Shown in pieces: positions 7,531 through 15,717 of a stretch of 35,174 bases of DNA. This DNA is from Deltaproteobacteria bacterium. Its GTDB lineage: Bacteria; Desulfobacterota; GWC2-55-46. The notes under the pieces are model-generated. The model was given only the letters and a program-made list of their open reading frames with translations, was not told the DNA's origin and made no database searches. Position 1 is the stretch's first letter, and the number at the start of each line of letters is the position of its first letter. A program made the position numbers and the translations under genes. The DNA lies in contig JBBTCG010000069.1 in NCBI GenBank assembly GCA_038043305.1, forward strand, positions 1-35,174, written 5' to 3'.

Positions 7531-7571
7531 ATAAAAAAAGAAGGGACAGGCCGTTCTACGTCCTGTCCCTT
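7531..7571 (-). terminator. Rho-independent terminator (minus strand) immediately upstream of the lipoprotein gene
   Basis: On the minus strand, AAGGGACAGG-acgtagaacgg-CCTGTCCCTT is followed by CTTTTTTTAT. Confidence 0.5.
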
Positions 7572-7889
7572 CTTGAATAAAAAAATCAGTTGTCGCTAAA
7601 GCAATAGCCCTGCCTACCTGTCTGCCTGCGCAATTGGTATGCCGTGATGATGGGGTTTTCATGTCCGCCTGCATATCCTTAGGAGAAAAAAATCACATTT
7701 CAAACAGTAAGTATCATTCCCCTTAATCCTTGTCAAGCGGGAAATTAAAAATTGTCCAGCCAAAATAGAAATGTCCTATTCAGTCAGGGTTGCCGAGCCG
7801 TCCCATAAGGAACGCTTACGAACCCTCCTCGCTTTGATGTTACACGCAGTATAGTATGGCAGGTTTGGCTGCGTTTTTCAATCCGACCC

Positions 7890-7926
7890 CCAAAACAAAA
7901 AGGCAGACAGGGAAATCAGTCTGCCT
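7890..7926 (-). terminator. Rho-independent terminator of the coiled-coil gene (minus strand)
   Basis: On the minus strand, AGGCAGAC-tgatttccct-GTCTGCCT is followed by TTTTTGTTTT, about 50 nt past the stop at 7976. Confidence 0.6.
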
Positions 7927-7975
7927 TCAAAGTTAAAAATGAATAAGTAAGATGCGCGCTATATTATATCACTTG

Positions 7976-8299
7976 TTAACCATTTCCTTTTATCCGTTTT
8001 ACATCGTTTGACGTCTCCAGCAACGCATTGGCCAGGGAATTGACGGTGGATTTGACCTCGGACATATTACCTTCCAGATTGCCCATCCGATTTTCTAAAG
8101 CATCCATCCGATATTCTAAGGCATCCATCCGATGTTCGAGCCTTGCCTGTCCATCTTTCAGAAGACTGACATCCTCTCTAAGAAGAATAACAGCCTCTTT
8201 AAGAAGGATAACATCATTCCTGAGGTCAGACTGCCCCTTTTTTATTTCGCCGATGTCTGCCTTGATGTCCAGCAGAATGTTGATAATTCTGTCTTCCAT
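7976..8299 (-). CDS. Small heptad-repeat coiled-coil protein
   Basis: 107 aa. Two blocks of three 21-bp (7-aa) tandem units: DVILLKE/AVILLRE/DVSLLKD and RMDALEY/RMDALEN/RMGNLEG. Confidence 0.6.
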   Translation of the reverse strand: MEDRIINILLDIKADIGEIKKGQSDLRNDVILLKEAVILLREDVSLLKDGQARLEHRMDALEYRMDALENRMGNLEGNMSEVKSTVNSLANALLETSNDVKRIKGNG

Positions 8300-8350
8300 A
8301 TATGACTCATTATTTACTCCTGCGGGTATATAATGTCAAGAAGAAATTTA

Positions 8351-8450
8351 TGCCCACCTTTCTTGAAAGAAAGGTGGGCCAAAGAACTTTAATTGGGCTT
8401 GAGCATTCCGGCTGACGAATACTGATAGCGCCCGTGCGGCTTGTCCCCCT
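8351..8450 (+). repeat. Dispersed ~100-bp hairpin-headed repeat, copy B
   Basis: GCCCACCTTTCTTGAAAGAAAGGTGGGC, then CAAAGAACTTTAATTGGG, then GGCTGACGAATACTGATAGCGCCCGTGCGGCTTGTCCCCCTT. Confidence 0.85.
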
Positions 8451-8534
8451 TTCTTTCAAAAAAGGTAAGTGTTGCTTTTACAGGATTTTGTGGTATAACA
8501 ACTGCAAAACATAATCTTAAGGAGATGAGGAAAA

Positions 8535-10130
8535 TTGGAAGAGAATGTAAAGAGTTTTGAGGATTTCGGTCTGGGGCAAGAGGTGCTCAAGGCCGTTGCC
8601 AAGATGGGCTTCGAGGTGCCTACGCCCATACAGGCAAAGACCATACCCGTGCTTATGACGGGCAAGGACGTTATAGGACAGGCGCAGACCGGCACGGGCA
8701 AGACAGCGGCATTCGGCATCCCGATAGTTGATAAGATCGAGCGCAGCGCGACAACGGTGCAGGCCATAATCCTTGCGCCGACAAGGGAACTTGCGGTGCA
8801 GGCCGCAGAGGAGATGAACAAACTCGGCGCGGTAAAAAAGCTCCATGCCCTGCCCGTATACGGCGGCACGTCCATAGAGCGGCAGATAAACGCCCTGAAA
8901 AAAGGCGTTCATATCGTCGTCGGCACACCGGGGCGCGTCATAGACCACCTTGAGAGAAGGACGCTTTCCCTCAAGGACGTGAAGATCGTTGTCCTTGACG
9001 AGGCCGACGAGATGCTCGACATGGGCTTCATTGACGACATCACCAAGATATTGGAGGCTACGCCAAAAGAGCGCCAGACCATGCTCTTCTCGGCAACCAT
9101 GCCGGACGCGATAGTCAAGATAAGCAAGCGCTACATGAGGGAGCCTCACAGGATACGGATAACCGGAGACACGCTTACCGCCTCCAAGATAAATCAGATA
9201 TTCTACGAGGTAAAACAGGGCGACAAGATAGAGGCGCTCTCAAGGCTCATTGACTCCGACGCCTCAGGCGTTTTCCTCGTCTTTTGCCACACCAAACGCG
9301 AGGTGGACGACGTGGCCGGGAACCTTAAACTTCGCGGCTACGAGGTTGACGGGATGCACGGCGACTATAGTCAGGCGCAAAGGGAGTCGGTGCTCAAGAG
9401 GTTCCGCGAGTCAAGGGTGGACGTGCTTGTGGCCACGGACGTTGCGGCAAGGGGGCTTGACATAAGCCATATATCCCACGTGGTAAATTACTCCATACCG
9501 CAGGACCCTGAATCTTATGTCCATAGGGTTGGCCGCACGGGAAGGGCGGGAAGGGCGGGCGTCGCCATCACCTTCGTAACCCCGAGAGAGGAAAAACAGT
9601 TAAGACTCATCAAGGCCGTTTCAAAGGCCGATATAAAACGCGGCAAGCTCCCTTCAAAGCAGGAGGTTATGATCTCGCGCGTCGCGTCGTTAAAGGAAAA
9701 GGTTGACGAGTTCATTGACGACAAGCGTTTCGATCAATTCCTGAAGCTGGCCGAGGAGTTGACCGTCGAGCTCAAACCCGTAGACGTAGTTGCCGCATTA
9801 TTGAAGTTCCAGCTTGAGGGTTTCGGCAGCGGGGAACAGGCCGCGCAAGGGGGCGTCTCCCTTGACGAGACCGGCGCGCCGTCCGGCATGGCAAGGCTCT
9901 TTATGACCATCGGCAAGGAGCAGGGTGCCCGCGTCAACGACATAGTTGACGCGATAGCAAAAAAGACCGGCATGGACAAGCGAACCATACAGGGTATCAA
10001 GATATTCGATACCTTTACGTTTGTCGAGGTGCCGAGGGACGCAGCTGAAAAGGTCATTGAGTTTATGCACCAGAGCATGATCTCAGGCCGCAAGGTGGCC
10101 GTGGCCCCGGCGAGGCCGAGGGGCGGGTAA
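8535..10130 (+). CDS. deaD: DEAD-box ATP-dependent RNA helicase with a C-terminal DbpA-type RNA-binding domain
   Basis: Q-motif FEDFGL..PTPIQ, AQTGTGKT, VLDEADEM, SAT, HRVGRTGRAG. TTG start with AAGGAG 10 nt upstream. Confidence 0.9.
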   Translation: MEENVKSFEDFGLGQEVLKAVAKMGFEVPTPIQAKTIPVLMTGKDVIGQAQTGTGKTAAFGIPIVDKIERSATTVQAIILAPTRELAVQAAEEMNKLGAVKKLHALPVYGGTSIERQINALKKGVHIVVGTPGRVIDHLERRTLSLKDVKIVVLDEADEMLDMGFIDDITKILEATPKERQTMLFSATMPDAIVKISKRYMREPHRIRITGDTLTASKINQIFYEVKQGDKIEALSRLIDSDASGVFLVFCHTKREVDDVAGNLKLRGYEVDGMHGDYSQAQRESVLKRFRESRVDVLVATDVAARGLDISHISHVVNYSIPQDPESYVHRVGRTGRAGRAGVAITFVTPREEKQLRLIKAVSKADIKRGKLPSKQEVMISRVASLKEKVDEFIDDKRFDQFLKLAEELTVELKPVDVVAALLKFQLEGFGSGEQAAQGGVSLDETGAPSGMARLFMTIGKEQGARVNDIVDAIAKKTGMDKRTIQGIKIFDTFTFVEVPRDAAEKVIEFMHQSMISGRKVAVAPARPRGG

Positions 10131-10136
10131 GGCGGT

Positions 10137-10188
10137 AAAGACCGTGAACCGTGACCGTGAAAGGAAAAATCTTTTCACGGACAACGGT
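10137..10188 (+). terminator. CCGTGAA-heptad palindromic element acting as the deaD terminator
   Basis: AAAGACCGTGAACCGTGACCGTGAAAGG-aaaaat-CTTTTCACGGACAACGGT, then ATTTTTGTG. Confidence 0.55.
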
Positions 10189-10199
10189 ATTTTTGTGTA

Positions 10200-10282
10200 C
10201 CGTCAGCCCATTACCACTTTGCTATACGAAGAAATTTGTTAACTACATGCTTTCGTGATGCAAAGTGGTGCTGGGCTGACGG
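10200..10282 (+). other. Long imperfect hairpin (83 nt) in the 5' region of the lipoprotein gene
   Basis: CCGTCAGCCCATTACCACTTTGC (10200-10222) pairs with GCAAAGTGGTGCTGGGCTGACGG (10260-10282). An inner ACGAAG/CTTTCGT pairing extends the stem. Confidence 0.6.
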
Positions 10283-10316
10283 CCTCGCATCGCAGTAATA
10301 CTGGAGGTATTCTGAT

Positions 10317-12308
10317 ATGAGGAAGCTGTACGCGCTGCTTCTTGTAATGATGTTTTTCATGGCGTCCTGCGTTACGCCGTATGACAAGGTGCTTGAGGGC
10401 GCGCGCAAGGATCTGCTGGCGGGCGAACTCAAGACCACTTACGCGACGCTTGACCGCTTGTGCAAGGAGCGTCCCGGCGAGGCCGCATGCGCCCTGAGAG
10501 ACGATGTAAAGGGCAAGATAGGCGCGGCCGTGTTCGACAAGGTAAAGAATACGGTTGAAGGGTCCAAGGTGAACGGCTATCTGCCGCTTGATATTGCGGA
10601 CGCCCTTTACAAGGATATTCAGGAGCTTTCCAACTACGGGTATACGCCGTCGGAGACCCAACCGCACGTCGTGGGCATAGACGCTGAAAAGGCAAAGACC
10701 GAGACTGCCGTCAAGGATATGCTTGAACAGGTGGCCTCTTTTCAAACGGAGATGAAGTACGTCAAGGCCGCTGACAGCTATAACCTCGCGGCAAAACTTT
10801 CTTCATCCGCGAAAAAGAAGGCGGACGAGGCGATAATGGCGATGGCGGAAGAGTTGTCAATCAAGTCCGCCTCTGCCGTTGAAAAAGAGGACTGGAATGA
10901 GGCCGCAGCGCTTCTCGGCGAGTTGAAGTACATTTCCCCTGACTATCCCGGCGTAGCGCAAAGGCTTGATGACGCGGCTTCCAAGGACTCTTTGACCTAT
11001 TTCGTGAGCGAGGCTCAGGAGGCGGTAAAGAAGGAGAACTTTGGCAGGGCTATAAAACTTTATCAGGCCGCGTTGAAATACCCGGACTCCGACGCTATTC
11101 GTCCGGTACTGAACAAGACAAAGATAGCGGCGGCCTCGAAGCTGTATAAGAAGGGCATCGAGTACAATGACGCATCGCAGCCTTTCAAGGCTTATCGTTC
11201 TTTCGTCGCGGCTCAGGGCTGGTTTAACGACGTGCCGTTTAAGGACAGGTCTTTGGTGCAGGTTCCGACAAAGGCCATAAACGGGTTTCTTGAAGGGCTT
11301 GTCAAGACCGCTGAAAAGGAAGAGGACAGGGGCAACATAGGGTTGGCCTTCCAGTTGATGAAGATGGTAACTGACATTGACGCCAACTTCGCTGGCGCAA
11401 AGAAGCGCTTTAACTCCTTACAGGATAAGATAACCCAAAGGGCGATAAAGGGGTTTGCCGTGATGCCGTTTAAGAGCACCGGATATGCGCCTGAGTCCGG
11501 CAAGATATTCTCATCGAACATAACTTTTTTTCTGCATAAGAATCTTACCCCTGACATAAAGGTCGTGGAGCGAGAGGCAATGGAGACGCTTCTCAAGGAG
11601 TATGAGGTCAAGACCGCCGGGCAGATGGACGATAAATCACGCGAGAATATATTAAGCCTTCTTGGCGCGGATTACATGCTCTTCGGAGACGTGCTCGACT
11701 ACAAGGTGGAGAGCAGCCAGAACGAAACGCTAAAGACGGTCAGGGCGCAGACCCGCACTGAGAAGGCGAGAAACCCAGAGTACGACGACTGGCTCAAGGA
11801 CAAGGAAAAAGGCGCGCCGAACCTTTCGCCTCAACCGGCCACCCATATTGAAAGGCCCGTGTTCGAGGACATAAAGTACAAGGTGGTGTTTTATAAGAAG
11901 ACCGGGCTTGCCAACATAAGCTACCGAGTGGTTGACACCAAGGGCAAACTCCTTACGACCAGCATCGTGGAACTCCGCGAGGAGGCCGCTGATGACGGCA
12001 CCGATGGCGTGGACGTGGGGGAGTTCAAGGTGCCGATGAAACGCGCCGAGGTCCCGTCCGACATTGAGCTTATGAAAAGGGTGCAGGAAAAGGCGATAAA
12101 GAGGATAGGCTCTGAGTTAAAGGACATGTTCGCCGGACCTGAGAAAAAGTACCTTGAAGAGGCCGTAAAGTTCGAGAAGGAGAGCGAACTTAGGGAGGCC
12201 ATAGAGCGTTACTCCGACGTCGAGATTATATACAGGAAAAAGGGCATTGACACAAAGGAGGTTGCCGACAAGCTGGGCAAGCTCCTTGATACGATAACGG
12301 GGATATGA
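10317..12308 (+). CDS. Large lipoprotein: helical/TPR-like N-terminal region plus a CsgG/LpoB/TolB-N-like alpha/beta domain
   Basis: Lipobox in MRKLYALLLVMMFFMAS-C, with GGAGG 9 nt upstream. The central segment FAVMPFKSTGY..IKVVEREAMETLLKEYE..GADYMLFGDVLDY matches the pattern of CsgG/LpoB-type periplasmic domains. Confidence 0.6.
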   Translation: MRKLYALLLVMMFFMASCVTPYDKVLEGARKDLLAGELKTTYATLDRLCKERPGEAACALRDDVKGKIGAAVFDKVKNTVEGSKVNGYLPLDIADALYKDIQELSNYGYTPSETQPHVVGIDAEKAKTETAVKDMLEQVASFQTEMKYVKAADSYNLAAKLSSSAKKKADEAIMAMAEELSIKSASAVEKEDWNEAAALLGELKYISPDYPGVAQRLDDAASKDSLTYFVSEAQEAVKKENFGRAIKLYQAALKYPDSDAIRPVLNKTKIAAASKLYKKGIEYNDASQPFKAYRSFVAAQGWFNDVPFKDRSLVQVPTKAINGFLEGLVKTAEKEEDRGNIGLAFQLMKMVTDIDANFAGAKKRFNSLQDKITQRAIKGFAVMPFKSTGYAPESGKIFSSNITFFLHKNLTPDIKVVEREAMETLLKEYEVKTAGQMDDKSRENILSLLGADYMLFGDVLDYKVESSQNETLKTVRAQTRTEKARNPEYDDWLKDKEKGAPNLSPQPATHIERPVFEDIKYKVVFYKKTGLANISYRVVDTKGKLLTTSIVELREEAADDGTDGVDVGEFKVPMKRAEVPSDIELMKRVQEKAIKRIGSELKDMFAGPEKKYLEEAVKFEKESELREAIERYSDVEIIYRKKGIDTKEVADKLGKLLDTITGI

Positions 12309-12420
12309 CTTGAAGGCCGTGAACGCGATGCGTCGAAGGTGTTTAGTTAGGCTGAAGGTTTGAACACGCGGTTCCACCTGCTGACGGCGTTACCGATAAC
12401 CGTCCACCGATAACCTTTTT

Positions 12421-14310
12421 ATGGCCAATCCGTCCCCCGCTTCAAGCACACGAGGGCAGGCGCGTCCATCCGTTGCCGCGCCAGTGGTATTCATTGCCCT
12501 GTGCGTTACCGGGTTTGTCATATACTCCAACACATTCCATTCCACGTTCCATTTTGACGACAAGTTCAATATCGTAGAGAACTATCTCTTGAGGGACTTG
12601 ACTCGCTTCTGGCCGCCTCTCGGAACGAGGTGGGCCGGGTTCCTCTCCTTTGCGCTCAACTATAAAATAAACGAGCTTACCGTCGTCGGCTATCATCTGG
12701 TCAATACATTCATCCATGTCATCAACGCCTTTCTTGTCTATCTCTTAACGCTTCAAATTTTTGATACTCCCGCGATAAAAGACGCTGTGGAGGACAAGGC
12801 GCGTTACATAGCCGCGCTAACCGCCGCCTTTATCTTCATCTCGCACCCGGTTCAGACGCAGGCCGTAACGTACATAACGCAAAGATTTGCTTCTCTGTCC
12901 ACTCTTTTTTTCCTCCTGTCGCTCTTACTGTACGTCAAGGCGCGGATGCATGGCGGAGTTAAGCCGCGCTTTTACATTCCGGCAATCTTATCAGCCGTGC
13001 TTGCGCTCAAGACAAAGGAGATAAGCGCAACTCTGCCGGTCGTCATCGTTGTCTATGAGTACGCCTTCTTTACTGGACGCGAATCCTTAAAAAAGCGGGC
13101 GCTGTACATAGCGCCTTTTTTCATCGCGCTCCTCATCATTCCCTTGGATCTCTTTGCCCCGGAGTTGGGAATAGGAACTGAGAGCGGTATAGCCGAGGAG
13201 ATGCGGGTAAGGCAGGTAAAGGACATCACGCTCCTGTCAAGACAGGACTATTTTTTAACCGAGATGAAGGTCTACGTAACGTACATGCGGCTTCTCATCC
13301 TTCCGGTGGATCAGAACCTTGACTACCTGCTGCATCCGGTGCACGGCTTTCCTGATACCGGAACAATAGCCGCCGGCATCTTCATATTCGTTGTAATCGC
13401 TGCCGCGATATTTTTTTTCATCGTTTCCAAAAGAGGTAAAAGGCCGTTCGGGCTTATTGCCGCGTTTGGCGCGCTCTGGTTTTTCATAACCCTTTCAGTG
13501 GAGTCGTCGGTCATACCGATTCAGGACGTGATAAACGAGCACAGGCTCTATCTCCCATCGGTCGGCGCGTTCATGGCTGTCGGCGTTTTGGCGGCGTATG
13601 TTGTTAAACGATTTGGGTTGAATCTTTATAAGGCAACCGCCGCATTTCTTGTAATTGTCATAGTCCCGCTCGCAATCGCCTCATATCTCAGGAACAGGGT
13701 ATGGAAGGACGACATAAGCCTGTGGGGAGACGTGGTCAGAAAGAGCCCCATTAATCCGAGGGCGCACGTAAATCTTGGCTTTGCTTATGCTCAGGCTGGG
13801 GTCTTTGACAAGGCCGAGGAACATTACCGGCTCGTGCTTAATAAAATAAACCCGTCAAGCGCGGAGGCGCACAACGGACTCGGAGACCTGTATTATAAGA
13901 CCGGGCGTATACCGGAGGCAACGGAAGCATACTCAAGGTCTTTGACCGTGAACCCCGACAACCCTTATGTCCATTATAATCTGGCGGTGCTTTATGTCCG
14001 CAACGGACGCATCGCCGAAGCAACCGGCGAGTTGAAGGCCGCCATCAAGTTGCGACCCGACTATCCGGAGGCGCATAACAACCTTGCCAACATCTACATG
14101 ATGACAGATAATATTGACGAGGCTATCGTTGAGTACCGGAGCGCATTAAGGCTCAAGCCGGACCACGTTGACGCGCATTACAACCTTGCCGCCGCGCTCA
14201 TGAAAAAGGGGTTGCTCGCCGAGGCGCTCTCCGAGTTTGAGGCGGCGCTGAGTCTTAATCCGAACGACCGCAGCGCAAGGGAGATGGTGATGAGGATTAA
14301 AGACCGTTAA
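12421..14310 (+). CDS. Polytopic GT-C-type (TMTC/PMT-like, DUF1736-type) membrane glycosyltransferase with C-terminal TPR repeats
   Basis: N-terminal FHFDDKFNIVEN motif, about 10 hydrophobic segments, then repeated TPR units (AHVNLGFAYAQAG.., AHNGLGDLYYKTG.., VHYNLAVLYVRNG.., AHNNLANIYMM.., AHYNLAAALMKKG). Confidence 0.7.
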   Translation: MANPSPASSTRGQARPSVAAPVVFIALCVTGFVIYSNTFHSTFHFDDKFNIVENYLLRDLTRFWPPLGTRWAGFLSFALNYKINELTVVGYHLVNTFIHVINAFLVYLLTLQIFDTPAIKDAVEDKARYIAALTAAFIFISHPVQTQAVTYITQRFASLSTLFFLLSLLLYVKARMHGGVKPRFYIPAILSAVLALKTKEISATLPVVIVVYEYAFFTGRESLKKRALYIAPFFIALLIIPLDLFAPELGIGTESGIAEEMRVRQVKDITLLSRQDYFLTEMKVYVTYMRLLILPVDQNLDYLLHPVHGFPDTGTIAAGIFIFVVIAAAIFFFIVSKRGKRPFGLIAAFGALWFFITLSVESSVIPIQDVINEHRLYLPSVGAFMAVGVLAAYVVKRFGLNLYKATAAFLVIVIVPLAIASYLRNRVWKDDISLWGDVVRKSPINPRAHVNLGFAYAQAGVFDKAEEHYRLVLNKINPSSAEAHNGLGDLYYKTGRIPEATEAYSRSLTVNPDNPYVHYNLAVLYVRNGRIAEATGELKAAIKLRPDYPEAHNNLANIYMMTDNIDEAIVEYRSALRLKPDHVDAHYNLAAALMKKGLLAEALSEFEAALSLNPNDRSAREMVMRIKDR

Positions 14311-14362
14311 CCGTGACCGTTGAGTCTTTCACGGTCACGGGGTCACGGTTCACGGTCTTTTT
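14299..14362. terminator. Inverted pair of CCGTGA(A/C) heptad elements forming a bidirectional terminator between convergent genes
   Basis: AAAGACCGTTAACCGTGACCGT-tgagtctttc-ACGGTCACGGGGTCACGGTTCACGGTCTTTTT. It contains the stop of the TPR gene (14308-14310) and the stop of mazG (14343-14345). Confidence 0.6.
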
Positions 14363-15146
14363 CCTTCCTCTTCGCCTCTTGCCAAAGCGCCTCGAGCGCG
14401 GCCAGCGGCGTTTGGGATATAGCTCCACCTTGTTTCTCAACGGCCTGTTCGATATGATGGAATCTGGTTATGAACTTGCCGATGGTCTTTCTGAGCGCGT
14501 TTTCAGGGTTGGCGTCAAGATGGCGCGACACGTTGACCAGCGTAAAGAGTATGTCCCCAAGCTCCTCTTCAATTGCCAGAGGGTCTTTATCATTCACGGC
14601 CTTTTTGAACTCGCTTATCTCCTCGTCCAACTTGTCAATGACCGCGGGAACGTCAGTCCAGTCAAACCCGGCCCTTGCGGCCTCTTGGCTCACCTTGTGC
14701 GCCCTCATTAGCGCGGGCAGGACATCCGGCACGTCTGAAAGCAGTCCGTCAGTGGCAGGCTTGCCTTTTTTTTCCTGTCTCTTGATTTCAGCCCAGTGCA
14801 TGAGGACTTCAGCGGAGTCTTTTGCGGTCTTGTCCCCGAATACGTGAGGGTGCCTGCGTATCATCTTCTCATGGGATTCGGCGATAACGTCATTCAAGTC
14901 GAATTGGCCTGCCTCCTCGGCGATACGCGAGGCAAAGACGATCTGAAAGAGCAGGTCTCCAAGCTCTTCTTTTATGGAAGGAAATGACCTTTCATCAATG
15001 GCCGCGATAACTTCATAAGCCTCTTCTATTATGAATGGAACGAGCGAGTCAAGGGTCTGCTCTTTGTCCCAGGGACAGCCGTCAGCGGATCTGAGCCTCT
15101 TCAGCAGGCTTACAAGTTTTTCTATCTCCGTTTTATTTGTCTTCAT
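14343..15146 (-). CDS. mazG: Nucleoside triphosphate pyrophosphohydrolase MazG
   Basis: LKRLRSADGCPWDKEQTLDSL..IIEEAYEV and a second EELGDILFTLVNVSRHL module. ATG 15146 is preferred over the track's TTG 15191 and overlaps the mobA stop. Confidence 0.85.
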   Translation of the reverse strand: MKTNKTEIEKLVSLLKRLRSADGCPWDKEQTLDSLVPFIIEEAYEVIAAIDERSFPSIKEELGDLLFQIVFASRIAEEAGQFDLNDVIAESHEKMIRRHPHVFGDKTAKDSAEVLMHWAEIKRQEKKGKPATDGLLSDVPDVLPALMRAHKVSQEAARAGFDWTDVPAVIDKLDEEISEFKKAVNDKDPLAIEEELGDILFTLVNVSRHLDANPENALRKTIGKFITRFHHIEQAVEKQGGAISQTPLAALEALWQEAKRKEKDREP

Positions 15147-15717
15147 TGGCGCGTATCCTTGAAAGCTCCTCAGGCGTATTGACGTTTTCAATGGACGAGA
15201 CTATGGGGATGCCGGCGAAGTCGGCCTCAACCAGCCTTTTTGTGCATATCATCGGGAAGAGATCGCTCACCCTAAGGTTGCCCGTTGTGATCATTCCCTC
15301 TATCTTTTTCAGGCATCTTCGAGAGTAGACGGCGTGCATGGCGTGGAGCTTGTTGTTTATGAACGGAGCGGTTCCGTCGCCGCCGCTGAGTTCGAGCGTT
15401 CTCTTGATGGCACGCGCGTCAAGAAAGGGCATGTCGCAGGCAACGACGAATGTATATGGCGTTTGAGAGTGGAACAGGCCGGTGTAGATGCCGCCAAGCG
15501 TGGCAGCTCCCTTGTAGACGTCGGTTACTATCATAGCGTCGAGTCCGCAATAGGTTTCAACGTCGTTTGCGGCTATGATTACTTCGTCGAATATCTCATT
15601 GAACAGGGCGACCGTGCGTTCTATTATCGGAAGGCCGTTAACCTCAATGAACGCCTTGTTGAATCCCATGCGGGTGCTTTGACCGCCGACGAGAATAACG
15701 CCCGTTGCGTCAATCAT
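15133..15717 (-). CDS. mobA: Molybdenum cofactor guanylyltransferase MobA
   Basis: GVILVGGQSTRMGFNKAF..ING signature at the N-terminus. The start overlaps the mobB stop (ATGATTGA). Confidence 0.85.
   Translation of the reverse strand: MIDATGVILVGGQSTRMGFNKAFIEVNGLPIIERTVALFNEIFDEVIIAANDVETYCGLDAMIVTDVYKGAATLGGIYTGLFHSQTPYTFVVACDMPFLDARAIKRTLELSGGDGTAPFINNKLHAMHAVYSRRCLKKIEGMITTGNLRVSDLFPMICTKRLVEADFAGIPIVSSIENVNTPEELSRIRANEDK

Noticed and set aside
7529-7680. 49-codon minus-strand ORF (MQADMKTPSSRHTNCAGRQ...) reading through the 7531-7571 terminator hairpin
   Set aside because: The sequence is not protein-like, it runs through a terminator stem, and its only support is a weak AAGGA. It is more likely non-coding.
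7573-7897. Gene-free stretch as tmRNA, RNase P RNA, SRP RNA or a known riboswitch
   Set aside because: No tRNA-like 3' end (..GGTTCGA..CCACCA), RNase P GAGGAAAGTCC core, SRP GGAAGCAGCC motif, or TPP/cobalamin/c-di-GMP/ZTP core motifs were seen on either strand. It is kept only as an unassigned candidate.
8517-9149. 210-aa minus-strand ORF, with several shorter ones (8456-8875, 8671-8928, 8909-9127)
   Set aside because: All are antisense to the DEAD-box helicase gene, which carries every canonical motif.
10239-10745. 168-aa minus-strand ORF overlapping the lipoprotein gene start
   Set aside because: It is antisense to a gene with an SD and a lipobox signal peptide, and it has no features of its own.
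14313-14711. 132-aa plus-strand ORF, with 14470-14847 and 15334-15765
   Set aside because: These are shadows of mazG and mobA on the opposite strand.
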